A DNA stretch of 64,000 nt from a virus. Shown one piece after another: positions 40,169 through 50,317 of the stretch. The position numbers and the translations under genes were made by a program. Position 1 is the first letter of the stretch. Each line of letters starts with the position of its first letter. The stretch lies in IMG/VR virus record IMGVR_UViG_3300014720_002669. One strand, 5' to 3'. A model generated the notes under the pieces. The model had not been told where the DNA came from and ran no database searches. It saw only the letters and a program-made list of their open reading frames with translations.

Positions 40169-42175
40169 ATGACATGTAACATTGCTTGGGTACAACCAAA
40201 TTTTCAACAAGGACCAAAAGAGTTCAACGCCTACTATCTGCCTTATTCTGCAGGCGTGATATGGAGTTACAGCCTGGCAGACCCGGCCATACGTGAACGC
40301 TTCAAAGTTACTGAATTTTTGTGGCGCAGAGAAGCCATCGAAGAAACAGCTGAAAGATTGTGTAAAAATGACATGGTGGCATTCAGCACCTATGTTTGGA
40401 ATCATCGCTACAACTATGAACTTGCTCGGCAGATCAAAGCACGAAATCCCAACACAGTGATTTTGTTTGGTGGACCTGAGCCTGCTATCACAGACGTCAA
40501 CATTTTCCGGGACAATCCTTTCATGGATTTGATCATTTGTTACGAAGGTGAAATCACATTCAAACGTGTGTTGGAAGTGTTTGACACCAAGAACTGGGAA
40601 AGTGTAGCCGGCCTGCTGATCAACAGAAATGGCGAAGCTGTAAAAACTGAAGAAGCCAAGCGTATTGAAAGTCTTGAAGAAGTTGAAAGTCCATACTTGT
40701 CTGGTATATTTGATCAACTCATAGCTGATCATCCTGAGGTAACCTGGCAAGGCACCCTGGAAACCAATCGTGGCTGCCCGTATCAATGTACCTTTTGTGA
40801 CTGGGGCAGTCTGACCTACAACAAAGTCAAGAAGTTCAAACTGGAACGTGTGTTTGCTGAACTGGAATGGATGGCTCAGCACAACTTTGATTGGATCAGT
40901 ATAACTGATGCCAATTTTGGCATGTACCCCGAACGTGACGGCATGATTGCAGACAAGATCATTGAGTGTCAAGAAAAATATGGATCACCAAGAACATTCT
41001 CAGTGGCCTGGGCCAAGAATCAAAAGAAAGAAGTCATAGACATTGTGAAGAAACTGTTGGATGCCAAGGGATTCAATCAAGGACTCACACTCAGCGTACA
41101 GAGTTTGGACTTGGATGTGCTGGAAAACATTCGTCGCAAGAACATGGAAATGAACAAGCTCAACGAAGTATTTGAGCTGTGCGACCAACGCAACATTCCT
41201 GCATACACAGAATTGATCCTGGGCCTGCCTGGTGAGACCCTGGAAACATGGAAAAAAAACTTCTATGCCTTGTACGAATTAAATCAGCACACCGGCATCA
41301 CAACATTCCAAGCACAGTTGTTGGAAAATGCCGAAATGAACCTGTTACAGAAGAAACTGTTCAAGATCACCAGCCAACCTGTAACAGACTACTTTGCTGG
41401 CAGCTACAGTGTGGAACACATTGAAGAAAGCATTGATGTCATCACAGGCACCAAAGACATGCCTACTCCAGTGATGCTGGATGCACAGATATTTGCCTGG
41501 TTCCAGACCACGGTTCACATCAACGGCTTTGCTACTTTGGTCGCACGTTTTATCAACAAGTACCTGAACATCAGTTACAACAACTACTACGAAGAATTGT
41601 TTGCACACTTCATGACCAATGAATGGGTAAAGAAAGAAGAATCTGAAGCCCGTATGTACTTCAACAATTGGATGATGACCGGACGCATTAACCATCCCAA
41701 GATTGGTGTGGAAATACACGGCTGGAACATCATTCACAGAACCAGCATGAACATGCACCAGGAAAATCAAGTGGAACAGTTGTATGATCATCTGGAACAG
41801 TTTCTAGAACGCTACAACTTGCCCCCAGATCTGTTGGCCAGCTTGATGAAACTGCAAAGAAGTTACTACATCAAGTATGATGACAGAAATCAGTACCCCA
41901 TGAACTTGCAGTTGGAATACAACATCTGGGAATATTTGAGCTTCAGTAAGCCTCTAGAAAAAATTCCCACTGTGTATCGATTGGATTTTCCTGAAGACAA
42001 GACCATGAGTTTTAATAGATTTTTGGAATTGTTTTACTTTGCAAGACGCAGAAACTTTGGCAAGGCCACGGTGGATCGCGTCAGTGGCGGAGACTCCAAA
42101 GGCGCTCGTCGAGGCGCAGGTGCTGCCAAAGCACAAGGCAGTTTTTCAGTGAAGAAAAAACAACTAGTGGCGTGA
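40169..42175 (+). CDS. B12-binding radical SAM enzyme
   Basis: STYVWN, FGGP, EGE, ETNRGCPYQCTFCDW, LILGLPGET. Confidence 0.9.
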   Translation: MTCNIAWVQPNFQQGPKEFNAYYLPYSAGVIWSYSLADPAIRERFKVTEFLWRREAIEETAERLCKNDMVAFSTYVWNHRYNYELARQIKARNPNTVILFGGPEPAITDVNIFRDNPFMDLIICYEGEITFKRVLEVFDTKNWESVAGLLINRNGEAVKTEEAKRIESLEEVESPYLSGIFDQLIADHPEVTWQGTLETNRGCPYQCTFCDWGSLTYNKVKKFKLERVFAELEWMAQHNFDWISITDANFGMYPERDGMIADKIIECQEKYGSPRTFSVAWAKNQKKEVIDIVKKLLDAKGFNQGLTLSVQSLDLDVLENIRRKNMEMNKLNEVFELCDQRNIPAYTELILGLPGETLETWKKNFYALYELNQHTGITTFQAQLLENAEMNLLQKKLFKITSQPVTDYFAGSYSVEHIEESIDVITGTKDMPTPVMLDAQIFAWFQTTVHINGFATLVARFINKYLNISYNNYYEELFAHFMTNEWVKKEESEARMYFNNWMMTGRINHPKIGVEIHGWNIIHRTSMNMHQENQVEQLYDHLEQFLERYNLPPDLLASLMKLQRSYYIKYDDRNQYPMNLQLEYNIWEYLSFSKPLEKIPTVYRLDFPEDKTMSFNRFLELFYFARRRNFGKATVDRVSGGDSKGARRGAGAAKAQGSFSVKKKQLVA

Positions 42176-42885
42176 TGTCAAGACTGTTTACATTTGGGTG
42201 CAGTTTTACCAACTATCGTTGGAGCACCTGGGCCGATTGTCTTGCTCCTGAATTTGATTATTTTGAAAATTGGGGGCAGGCCGGTGGCGGCAATCATTAT
42301 ATTTTTAACTCAGTGATGGAAGCTGATCAGCGTCACCAATTTGGTACAGGTGACACTGTGATAGTTTGTTGGACCAGTTTAGATCGCGAAGATCGTTATG
42401 TTGATGGACGATGGCATACTCCGGGCAATGCGCATTTTGCAACCAATGTGTTCAACAAAGAATATCTCAAAACACACATTGATGAGCGAGGATTTTTAAT
42501 TAGAGATCTTGCCTATATCAAAGCAGTAAAAACGTTGTTGGAAAATTGTCCAGGGTTGACCTGGCGTTTCTTGAGCATGGTAGAACTCATGGCTCGTCCC
42601 TGGCCCGATGATGATGTTAGTTTGCACAGAGATGTCATGAGATTGTACAGTGATGTACTGGATACTATCTTGCTGGGCTATGATAAAACTGTGTTTGCTG
42701 AAACTGGATGGCCCAATAGAAATGGCGATCCACATCCCAGTCCAGACGAGCATTTGGCCTATTTGGACGCAGTGTTGCCGGGATGGGTGACAAAAGCAGA
42801 AACTCGTGTTAAAATGCATGAACAAAGCGTCAATCTAAATAAAGATCCCCGCAAGTCGGGCATGACAAAGGTAACAAGACTATGA
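42172..42885 (+). CDS. SGNH-like protein (paralog 4)
   Basis: FGCSFT, NWGQAGGGN, DPHPSP. Confidence 0.65.
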   Translation: MMSRLFTFGCSFTNYRWSTWADCLAPEFDYFENWGQAGGGNHYIFNSVMEADQRHQFGTGDTVIVCWTSLDREDRYVDGRWHTPGNAHFATNVFNKEYLKTHIDERGFLIRDLAYIKAVKTLLENCPGLTWRFLSMVELMARPWPDDDVSLHRDVMRLYSDVLDTILLGYDKTVFAETGWPNRNGDPHPSPDEHLAYLDAVLPGWVTKAETRVKMHEQSVNLNKDPRKSGMTKVTRL

Positions 42886-43727
42886 AATTAAAAGTATCAG
42901 AATTATTTTATTCAGCACAAGGTGAAGGACGCTATGTTGGCGTACCCAGCATATTTTTACGCATGTTTGGTTGCAACTTTACGTGTAGTTCATTTGGTTG
43001 CAAGCCAGGTGAACGCAGCACAGAAGCAGACGAAGTTGCTAAAACGGTTGGTCTATACCGAACATTTGAAGAACTGCCCTTGGTGAACACTGGGTGTGAC
43101 AGTTACGCTTCATGGCATCCTGACTTCAAGCATCTTAGTCCCACATACACAGTAGCCGAACTGGTGGACCGAATGACTGAGTTGTTGCCCCGTGGCTCAT
43201 GGCTACAACCCAATGGCAATCCTGTGCATTTGGTGATCACTGGCGGCGAGCCATTGCTGGGTTGGCAACGTGCCTATCCAGAACTGCTGGATGTACTAGC
43301 CGAGCGTGGACTGCGACATATCACATTTGAAACCAATGGTACTCAAGAATTGAGTCGAGAGTTTAGAGACTACTTGCGCAACTGGTTTGGTGAGATCACG
43401 TTCAGTGTCAGTCCCAAGCTCAGCGTGTCGGGCGAGTCCTGGTCTGATGCCATCAAGCCTGACGTGGTCTGGGACTATGAGACATATGGCGTGACTTATC
43501 TCAAGTTTGTGGTGGAAAAAGTTGCGGACTTTGACGAACTGGACCGTGCTGTGGATGAATATCGCCTGCGTGAGTTTGGTGGTCCTGTGTTTGTGATGCC
43601 AGTGGGCGGAGTTGTATCAGTGTATGACGGCAATAGAATCTCAGTGGCTGACGAAGCACTCCGACGTGGCTACTGGTACAGTCCACGACTTCACGTTGAC
43701 CTTTGGGGCAATGGATGGGGCAAATAA
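42882..43727 (+). CDS. queE: 7-carboxy-7-deazaguanine synthase
   Basis: ELFYSAQGEG, GCNFTC...GCDS, ITGGEP, ETNGT, SVSPK, PRLH. Confidence 0.9.
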   Translation: MKLKVSELFYSAQGEGRYVGVPSIFLRMFGCNFTCSSFGCKPGERSTEADEVAKTVGLYRTFEELPLVNTGCDSYASWHPDFKHLSPTYTVAELVDRMTELLPRGSWLQPNGNPVHLVITGGEPLLGWQRAYPELLDVLAERGLRHITFETNGTQELSREFRDYLRNWFGEITFSVSPKLSVSGESWSDAIKPDVVWDYETYGVTYLKFVVEKVADFDELDRAVDEYRLREFGGPVFVMPVGGVVSVYDGNRISVADEALRRGYWYSPRLHVDLWGNGWGK

Positions 43728-44423
43728 ATGTTTGATTGTGTATTAGTCAACGGAGACAGTTACTCTGCTTCCGATAAAAAACACAAAGTCTATGCGGATT
43801 TTTTGCAAGAATGTTTGGATGTGCCTGTGCATAATATTGCATGGTCTGGTTCAAACAATCAAAGAATAATAAGAAGCACTTTAGAACATTTAAATCACTA
43901 CAAAAACCCACTGGTGTTGATTGGTTGGAGTTTTATTAGACGTATTGAGGTATGGTACTATGGACAAAAACCATCTGTACTGCGTTGGATACCTGACCGA
44001 TCTAAAGACATAGACAGTAGCAAACATCCTAAATTTATAACATTAGATTTCTTGGTAGACGAAAAAGAAGCAACACTAGAACAAAAATGTTTGATAAATG
44101 ATGATTTCTTTGTACATAAACAGTTAACTGATTTTTACACCAGTTTGTATATGTTTGCGCACACTTTAGAATCACTGGGTATCAAATACCAATTTTTTTC
44201 AGCGGCAAAAAATACTGAAATTCCTATTAATTGTTTTCCATATATCGAATCTTTGCAACAAGTACAATGGTGTCACACCAACAAAAATTTTTACAAATTA
44301 CATGATTTTTGTATTTTAGACTGGGCCAAAGAGCATGATGCTGATGCCCACTCAGTTACTGGACATTTGAGTGAAAATGGTCACAAAAAATTTGCTGGTT
44401 TTTTGTTAGACAACATAATATGA
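43728..44423 (+). CDS. SGNH-like protein (paralog 5), AT-rich
   Basis: NGDSYS, NIAWSGSNN, GHLSENGH. Confidence 0.65.
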   Translation: MFDCVLVNGDSYSASDKKHKVYADFLQECLDVPVHNIAWSGSNNQRIIRSTLEHLNHYKNPLVLIGWSFIRRIEVWYYGQKPSVLRWIPDRSKDIDSSKHPKFITLDFLVDEKEATLEQKCLINDDFFVHKQLTDFYTSLYMFAHTLESLGIKYQFFSAAKNTEIPINCFPYIESLQQVQWCHTNKNFYKLHDFCILDWAKEHDADAHSVTGHLSENGHKKFAGFLLDNII

Positions 44424-44854
44424 TACTGGATGGAGCATTTGAAATGTTTGATTGGTTAAAGAAAAAAATGTCACCACCACCCCCGGTGCGTACAGAAAAA
44501 GCACCACGTGTGGTCCGGGCGCCAGAAAAGGCACCTGAAAAGAGTGCCAAGCAATTGGCCACCGAAGCCAATGAACCTTATGTGGCTATCATCACCATGG
44601 ACATTGATCCCAACAACCTGCACCAAGGTGCATTTGAATTGGACTGGAATGAGATATTCATTGCACGACTGGTCAAGGCTGGCTACATGATGAAGCCCAC
44701 AGACGCAGACTCAGACATTGTGGATCGTTGGTTCCAAAATGTGTGCAGACATGTTGTGATGGAAACATGGGAACAAGACCAGGCCATGCGCAACTCAGCA
44801 GGCGGTTATGTACACACCCGTGACATTGGTGACGGACGCACCGAGATTAGTTAA
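44420..44854 (+). CDS. hypothetical protein
   Basis: GAFELDWN...IVDRWF; start may be MFDWL. Confidence 0.7.
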   Translation: MILDGAFEMFDWLKKKMSPPPPVRTEKAPRVVRAPEKAPEKSAKQLATEANEPYVAIITMDIDPNNLHQGAFELDWNEIFIARLVKAGYMMKPTDADSDIVDRWFQNVCRHVVMETWEQDQAMRNSAGGYVHTRDIGDGRTEIS

Positions 44855-44864
44855 GGAAATTGAT

Positions 44865-45326
44865 ATGAATGTAGGATTTACAGCTTCAACTTTTGACCTG
44901 TTTCATGCAGGTCACATCATAATGCTAAAAGAAGCCAGAACTCAGTGCGATTATTTGATAGTAGGATTACAAACGGACCCTACCATTGATCGTCCTACAG
45001 AAAAAAATAAACCTGTGCAAAGTATTTTTGAACGTTATGTGCAGTTGCAGGCCTGCAAATATGTAGACGAAATAGTGGTGTATGCCACAGAAAAAGATCT
45101 TATAGATATTTTACTTTCTTATCCCATTAACATAAGAATATTGGGAGACGAATATGAAAACAAATCATTCACAGGACGGCAAGAATGCATTGGCAAAGGT
45201 ATCAAATTTTACTTTAACAAAAGGCAGCACACATTTTCTACTACAGAACTAAGACAACGTGTAATTGACACCGAAGCAACCAAGTTCATGACCAAGGCCA
45301 CTGCACTCGACATGAATCGCAAATGA
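44865..45326 (+). CDS. TagD-like cytidylyltransferase
   Basis: STFDLFHAGH, VGLQTD, YVDE, FSTTELR. Confidence 0.9.
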   Translation: MNVGFTASTFDLFHAGHIIMLKEARTQCDYLIVGLQTDPTIDRPTEKNKPVQSIFERYVQLQACKYVDEIVVYATEKDLIDILLSYPINIRILGDEYENKSFTGRQECIGKGIKFYFNKRQHTFSTTELRQRVIDTEATKFMTKATALDMNRK

Positions 45327-46048
45327 TATTGTATGTCAACGGTTGCAGTCACACTGCGGCTGCAGAAGCAGTGGTGCCAGATGCATTTGCTGAGGATGAT
45401 GGTAAGAACGGTACTGATCGTCGTCCACATCCACTTAACTTGGCAGCCAGTTGGTGTACACATTTGGCACGTAATCTTGGTCGTACACTGGTTTGTGATG
45501 CAGAGTCGGCCAGCAGTAACGATCGCATTATTAGAACCACTAGAGAATGGATCTCTGCCAATCCTACTCAATTACAAAACGTATTCATGGTCATACAATG
45601 GACCACTTGGGAACGTGAAGAGTGGTTGCACAACGGAACTTGGTATCAAGTCAACGCATCTGGCACAGACTGGGTTCCAACAGAGTTGCACTTGCGCTAC
45701 AAGGAATATGTGGCCAATCATGACTATCGGGCAAAGACTCAAGAATGGTACAAAAAAATCTGGGACTTGCATGTTGAATTCTTGGACAGAAAAGTAATAC
45801 ATTTGTTTTACAACGGCTGGAGTACATTTAGTGATATTCCCAACAAAAGAGATTTTGGTAAAAACTATATTGGTCCATACAGTCGAGATTTAAGTTATAA
45901 CTCTGTACTTGTAAACAACGGATTTGAGTGGGTCTCCCCAAATTCTTACCATTTTGATGCCAAAGGTCATTGCTTTTGGGCCAAATATGTGTTACAATAC
46001 ATCAACGAACACAACTTGGTACCTACACATGCGCTATCTACTGATTGA
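45323..46048 (+). CDS. SGNH-like protein (paralog 6)
   Basis: NGCSHT, AESASSN, YHFDAKGH. Confidence 0.65.
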   Translation: MILYVNGCSHTAAAEAVVPDAFAEDDGKNGTDRRPHPLNLAASWCTHLARNLGRTLVCDAESASSNDRIIRTTREWISANPTQLQNVFMVIQWTTWEREEWLHNGTWYQVNASGTDWVPTELHLRYKEYVANHDYRAKTQEWYKKIWDLHVEFLDRKVIHLFYNGWSTFSDIPNKRDFGKNYIGPYSRDLSYNSVLVNNGFEWVSPNSYHFDAKGHCFWAKYVLQYINEHNLVPTHALSTD

Positions 46049-47114
46049 TACCAGCAACATGTTTTTCCGTGCGCGGCACCAAGCGCATCGTGCCGCTGAC
46101 ACATGGACCAAATTGGGCTTTGCCCTGCACCTTACCTTGATGAGTGCAAACAAAGTGGCACGTGATTTGGGTGCTGATCATGTGGTATTTGCACTAGAGG
46201 GCAGGAGCTGGCGCAAAGATCATTACCGACCCTACAAGGCAAATCGTGCTGTGGCACGTGGGCAAATGAGCGAGTCAGAAGCAGAAGAGGACAAACTGTT
46301 CTGGGAAACCTATGATGAGCTGACTAAATACTTGTCTACACGAACCAACTGTAGTGTGATCCGTTGTGCCACAGCAGAAGCAGATGATATCATTGCACGT
46401 TGGATTGCTTTACACCCCCAAGACGAACACGTTATTGTCAGCTCAGATTCCGACTTTGTGCAGTTGATTGCACCCAATGTGAAATTGTACAATGGCATCA
46501 ATGATCACTTGTTCAGTCCTGCTGGTGTCACAGACGCAAAAGGCAAAAACTTGGCATTCACTATTGAGAGCAACTCAAAGATCAAGGTTGGCAAAGCCGA
46601 TGCCAACTTTGTGCCTCCCACTGACTATCAACAGTGGGTGTTGTTCTTGAAGTGCATGCGTGGTGATCCTGGTGACAATGTGTTCTCGGCCTATCCAGGT
46701 GTGCGTGTTCGAGGCACAAAGAATCAAGTGGGACTCACAGAAGCATTTGAAGATCGTGACCGTCGTGGCTATGCTTGGAACAATCTCATGTTGCAACGTT
46801 GGATGGATCATGAGCAAACAGAACGCAAGGTGTTGGAAGATTACGAACGCAATCGTACTCTGATTGATCTTACTGCACAGCCCGATGCCGTCAAAGCTGT
46901 GGTAGATGAAGCCATACGTGAGCAGATTAGTCATAGGGATGTAGGCATGGTAGGTGCGCACTTCTTACGATTCTGTGGCCGATACGAACTCACCAAACTC
47001 AGTGACTATGCAGATGCAATTGGTCGCTGGTTGAATCAAACATACAAAGGAGTATTAGATGATCGAAGCCAAACCCATAGTGGATCAAAAGTATTGGATC
47101 TTGAAACAAGATGA
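46029..47114 (+). CDS. rnh: T4 RNase H / 5'-3' flap exonuclease
   Basis: LLIDTSN, YKANR, EADDII, SSDSDFVQL, GDPGDNV. Confidence 0.9.
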   Translation: MRYLLIDTSNMFFRARHQAHRAADTWTKLGFALHLTLMSANKVARDLGADHVVFALEGRSWRKDHYRPYKANRAVARGQMSESEAEEDKLFWETYDELTKYLSTRTNCSVIRCATAEADDIIARWIALHPQDEHVIVSSDSDFVQLIAPNVKLYNGINDHLFSPAGVTDAKGKNLAFTIESNSKIKVGKADANFVPPTDYQQWVLFLKCMRGDPGDNVFSAYPGVRVRGTKNQVGLTEAFEDRDRRGYAWNNLMLQRWMDHEQTERKVLEDYERNRTLIDLTAQPDAVKAVVDEAIREQISHRDVGMVGAHFLRFCGRYELTKLSDYADAIGRWLNQTYKGVLDDRSQTHSGSKVLDLETR

Positions 47115-47508
47115 TCGCAAGGTTGGTGTGGTAGAAGCCGAGAGTGATGGCTACACTGTGCGCATCAATGATCAAGTGGGCCGGTTCAAAACCATTCCCA
47201 TGGTGCGAAAGCAGGCCAACATTGAGTTTGCACCACCTGAGAAGATCACAAGGCCTGCGCCAGATCAAGTGCATGGATTTGAAACAGGTTGTAGAGCATT
47301 CAATCCCATGTGGGACGTTAAACATAAGTTGCCACTGTTCACAAAAGAAAACAAATCAAAGTCATGGTATGCCGCTGGTTGGTATGCTGTGCGTCAACAT
47401 CGCTCATGGAAACTGATTCGCAACCCAAAACTAATTGTGTTGGAACGTTACCAATATCGTGGTCCATTTCATACTCAGGAGGCAGCACGTGACCAATCCC
47501 TTTCGTGA
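47059..47508 (+). CDS. hypothetical protein
   Basis: AGGAG RBS. Confidence 0.75.
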   Translation: MIEAKPIVDQKYWILKQDDRKVGVVEAESDGYTVRINDQVGRFKTIPMVRKQANIEFAPPEKITRPAPDQVHGFETGCRAFNPMWDVKHKLPLFTKENKSKSWYAAGWYAVRQHRSWKLIRNPKLIVLERYQYRGPFHTQEAARDQSLS

Positions 47509-47851
47509 TCAGAAGAAATTTATGCGGGCTTGCGACCAAACGGTTGAAGGCTTTGATCAAGATCAATTCAATATGTACAAAAATTTAATTGCGGAAGAGT
47601 TCCGTGAACTGCAAGAAGCTCACGACATGGAAGCAGAATTGGATGCACTGATTGATATCCTTGTGGTCACAATCGGTGCTATCCACTCAGCCGGCTTTGA
47701 TGGTGAAGGCGCATGGAAAGAAGTCATGAGCACAAACTTTGCCAAAATTGATCGTGATACAGGCAAAGTACGCCGGCGTGAAGATGGCAAGGTGCTCAAA
47801 CCCACTGGTTGGCACCCACCGGTGTTGTATCCATACCTAACTAAAAAATGA
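47489..47851 (+). CDS. MazG-like NTP pyrophosphohydrolase
   Basis: LIAEEFREL, LDALID, NFAK, REDGKVLKP; GTG start after AGGAGG. Confidence 0.85.
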   Translation: MTNPFRDQKKFMRACDQTVEGFDQDQFNMYKNLIAEEFRELQEAHDMEAELDALIDILVVTIGAIHSAGFDGEGAWKEVMSTNFAKIDRDTGKVRRREDGKVLKPTGWHPPVLYPYLTKK

Positions 47852-48045
47852 AAACACGCGAACAAATCATCACTTCAATGTGCTACACCTGGCGGCATGA
47901 TTATGGACTTGATAAAATGGAACATGACGGTCCTGGCGGGTTGATTTCAGCAGGATTAACTGATGCTGAACGCAAACTGTTATGGCGCCAAATGGCACAG
48001 ATTTTTGACAATGACATTGCACCACACATGGAGTTTCGACCATGA
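47848..48045 (+). CDS. hypothetical protein
   Basis: Overlapping operon ORF. Confidence 0.65.
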   Translation: MKTREQIITSMCYTWRHDYGLDKMEHDGPGGLISAGLTDAERKLLWRQMAQIFDNDIAPHMEFRP

Positions 48046-48254
48046 GTCTGCACATAAATCGTTTTGTAGACTCAATAAAGGCTGCAGAAAGTCGCGGACA
48101 GCGAGAACTACAAATAAGCCTGCGTGATGCCAAGGATCTACACAGTGATATTACCAAACTGTTGCTCACCCTGGAACAAATGCGTACACAACAAGCACGT
48201 GGTGCAGAAATAGTAGAAGTGCAGATCACCGGCGGTAGTTTCAAATCTACATAG
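48042..48254 (+). CDS. hypothetical protein
   Basis: Overlapping operon ORF. Confidence 0.7.
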   Translation: MSLHINRFVDSIKAAESRGQRELQISLRDAKDLHSDITKLLLTLEQMRTQQARGAEIVEVQITGGSFKST

Positions 48255-48284
48255 TTATTGGCATAAATAAACGCGGAGTTTAAT

Positions 48285-48581
48285 ATGTCAAGACCAAAGC
48301 CTACGGTGCTGATTGAGCACACTAACAAACAGACTTACAAGACAGAACAAGTGCTGGCGTCAGAGGGTGTTTGGGCGGTGTTTTTTGAGGCCAAGCCTAT
48401 CAACTTGAAAACCAGCAACTTGCTTACTCAGTTTCCTGGTCCCAAGTACAAAAAAGTATCGTTCTCCAACCCAGGGCATGCCATTAACTTGGCTAGAAAA
48501 CTCAACACACAGTTTCGAACAGACAAGTTCAGTGTTGTGCTGTTGACACAAGGGGATAAGATCTATCCCAATGCTCAATAA
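48285..48581 (+). CDS. hypothetical protein
   Basis: TAAATA and GGAG upstream. Confidence 0.75.
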   Translation: MSRPKPTVLIEHTNKQTYKTEQVLASEGVWAVFFEAKPINLKTSNLLTQFPGPKYKKVSFSNPGHAINLARKLNTQFRTDKFSVVLLTQGDKIYPNAQ

Positions 48582-48930
48582 ACTTGCTCTTACTCAGGAA
48601 CTGATAACACGTTATCCTGATGCGCCACCTCTTGATGAAGCCATGCGTACCTGGTGGCAGAACATTCGAGATGACGGTGGCCTAAGACTCACACACGAAG
48701 GCTTCTATGTGTTTGAGAACTTGTTGGAATTGGACAGTTACACGTTTGATTTGCCAGAGAAGTTGTTGACTCCCAAGAACCTGCTGGCGCTAGATCGCCG
48801 CATGACTTGTCCTTACTACATGGTCAACAATCGCAAACTCAACAAACTGGTGATGTTTGGCAGTAAAGAAGCTATGATGGCCACACTGCATGGAGACATG
48901 CAGAGATTTATCACAAGTTTAAGTTACTGA
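48571..48930 (+). CDS. hypothetical protein
   Basis: GGLRLT..GF; operon ORF. Confidence 0.7.
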   Translation: MLNKLALTQELITRYPDAPPLDEAMRTWWQNIRDDGGLRLTHEGFYVFENLLELDSYTFDLPEKLLTPKNLLALDRRMTCPYYMVNNRKLNKLVMFGSKEAMMATLHGDMQRFITSLSY

Positions 48931-49846
48931 TATCACGCTGGAATCGCATTTCCATCATGGTTGAATAATCATCCAACAAAAATTTACGTTGCGCACGTAA
49001 TCGTTCACGATATGGTGCCAAGTCTATACGTCCCTGTATCAAGTCTTGATTTAGTATCAACGCCTGCTCTGCACGAACTTTATTGGGCATGTGGTCATAA
49101 CTTGTGTCCACCAAGTCTGAGAACATGTCAAAGCCTAGTTCTCGACAGTGTTGCACAATGCCCTGATGCCCGACCAAGATAGGTATTTGTTCGGCGGCCA
49201 TGGCCAACAAGGTCTTTTCTGATATAATTCCCGGGACAGTGGCATATTCTGTTTCTGTCACAATGTTCACAGCACAAGTGCTGTACATGTAATCCAAGTT
49301 TATAAAGTTGTCGACATTGTTGTAGGTGTAGTTGGTGTAGTCATGTTGTGGCAAGCGTATGCGATCGTGGTAGCTCAACACACCACCATACCAACCTTGC
49401 AATATTTGCATCACACGTGACCTATGATCACACATACGGCCGTTCAAACACTGCCATGCCTGTGTTCGAGGTTGGCCAACAATGTGTTGCCATTCTGGCC
49501 AACGCTGGCGCAGTTGGTTCACAAGATCATAGTTGTGATTGCTAAACTCAACCAATCGAACGGGCCCTGTGTAAATTTGATCTAATCCGTGATTCCAATA
49601 TGTCACAACCACACGGTCAGCACGTGATCCATAACGCTGTTCTATCTGCTCAAGTTCCAGCACACGACCGTCCTGTATGTTTACCAAATCCTGAAAATGC
49701 AACAACAAGATGTCTGTGTCAAAGGCAGGCAAGCGCAGGCTCCATCCTGTGTCAGGCGAGCGGGCACTTTCAAAACAATGATAAACAGGAGTAAATGACA
49801 CGCCTTTATTGGTCAACTGTTGGGCAAACAAAGCACTGTAATTCAT
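48911..49846 (-). CDS. hypothetical glycosyltransferase-like protein, paralog of 15627-16688
   Basis: CLNGR..HR, NIVTET..ISEKT, GFDMFSDLVDTSYD; start MNYSALF after minus-strand TAAATA. Confidence 0.65.
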   Translation of the reverse strand: MNYSALFAQQLTNKGVSFTPVYHCFESARSPDTGWSLRLPAFDTDILLLHFQDLVNIQDGRVLELEQIEQRYGSRADRVVVTYWNHGLDQIYTGPVRLVEFSNHNYDLVNQLRQRWPEWQHIVGQPRTQAWQCLNGRMCDHRSRVMQILQGWYGGVLSYHDRIRLPQHDYTNYTYNNVDNFINLDYMYSTCAVNIVTETEYATVPGIISEKTLLAMAAEQIPILVGHQGIVQHCRELGFDMFSDLVDTSYDHMPNKVRAEQALILNQDLIQGRIDLAPYRERLRAQRKFLLDDYSTMMEMRFQRDISNLNL

Positions 49847-49897
49847 GGCGTATTTACAACAGTCAAAAGGTAGTACTTTTGTAGTACTACTTTCTGG

Positions 49898-49926
49898 TTG
49901 ACCAAATATGCCCGAAATGCTATAAT
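49898..49926 (+). promoter_or_regulatory. sigma70-type early promoter
   Basis: TTGACC-17-TATAAT with extended TG. Confidence 0.8.
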
Positions 49927-49932
49927 ACACAC

Positions 49933-50262
49933 ATGATGAGAAAGAAACGCACCGATCGAACCCACATTGTATACACAATCCAAATTGGATTGGAGTACTA
50001 CATTGGTATTACCGCTAAAACTCAGCGCACCATAAACATGTCGCTTCGTAGCCGAGTCAACAAGCACATCTACCGCGCTCGCACTGAGAACAAGAGCTGG
50101 AACCTGTACGAAGCAATTCGCGCCGCAGGCGAATCTGCTGTAAACTATGCCATCGTGGACACGGTGCGTGGCAAAGATGTTGCACACCGACTAGAGCGCG
50201 AGTTAATACAAAAGTACGCACCTGCGTTGAACACTGATGTGCGGGTAAAGCAAAACGGTTGA
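49933..50262 (+). CDS. small GIY-YIG-like protein
   Basis: HIVY..YYIGIT, R..KH, E..LI...LN. Confidence 0.6.
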   Translation: MMRKKRTDRTHIVYTIQIGLEYYIGITAKTQRTINMSLRSRVNKHIYRARTENKSWNLYEAIRAAGESAVNYAIVDTVRGKDVAHRLERELIQKYAPALNTDVRVKQNG

Positions 50263-50287
50263 CCAATAATCGCCGTTTTGCTATAAT
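50259..50287 (+). promoter_or_regulatory. sigma70-type early promoter
   Basis: TTGACC-17-TATAAT with extended TG. Confidence 0.8.
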
Positions 50288-50317
50288 ATACATATAGCAA
50301 ACAACCTGGAGTCAGCA

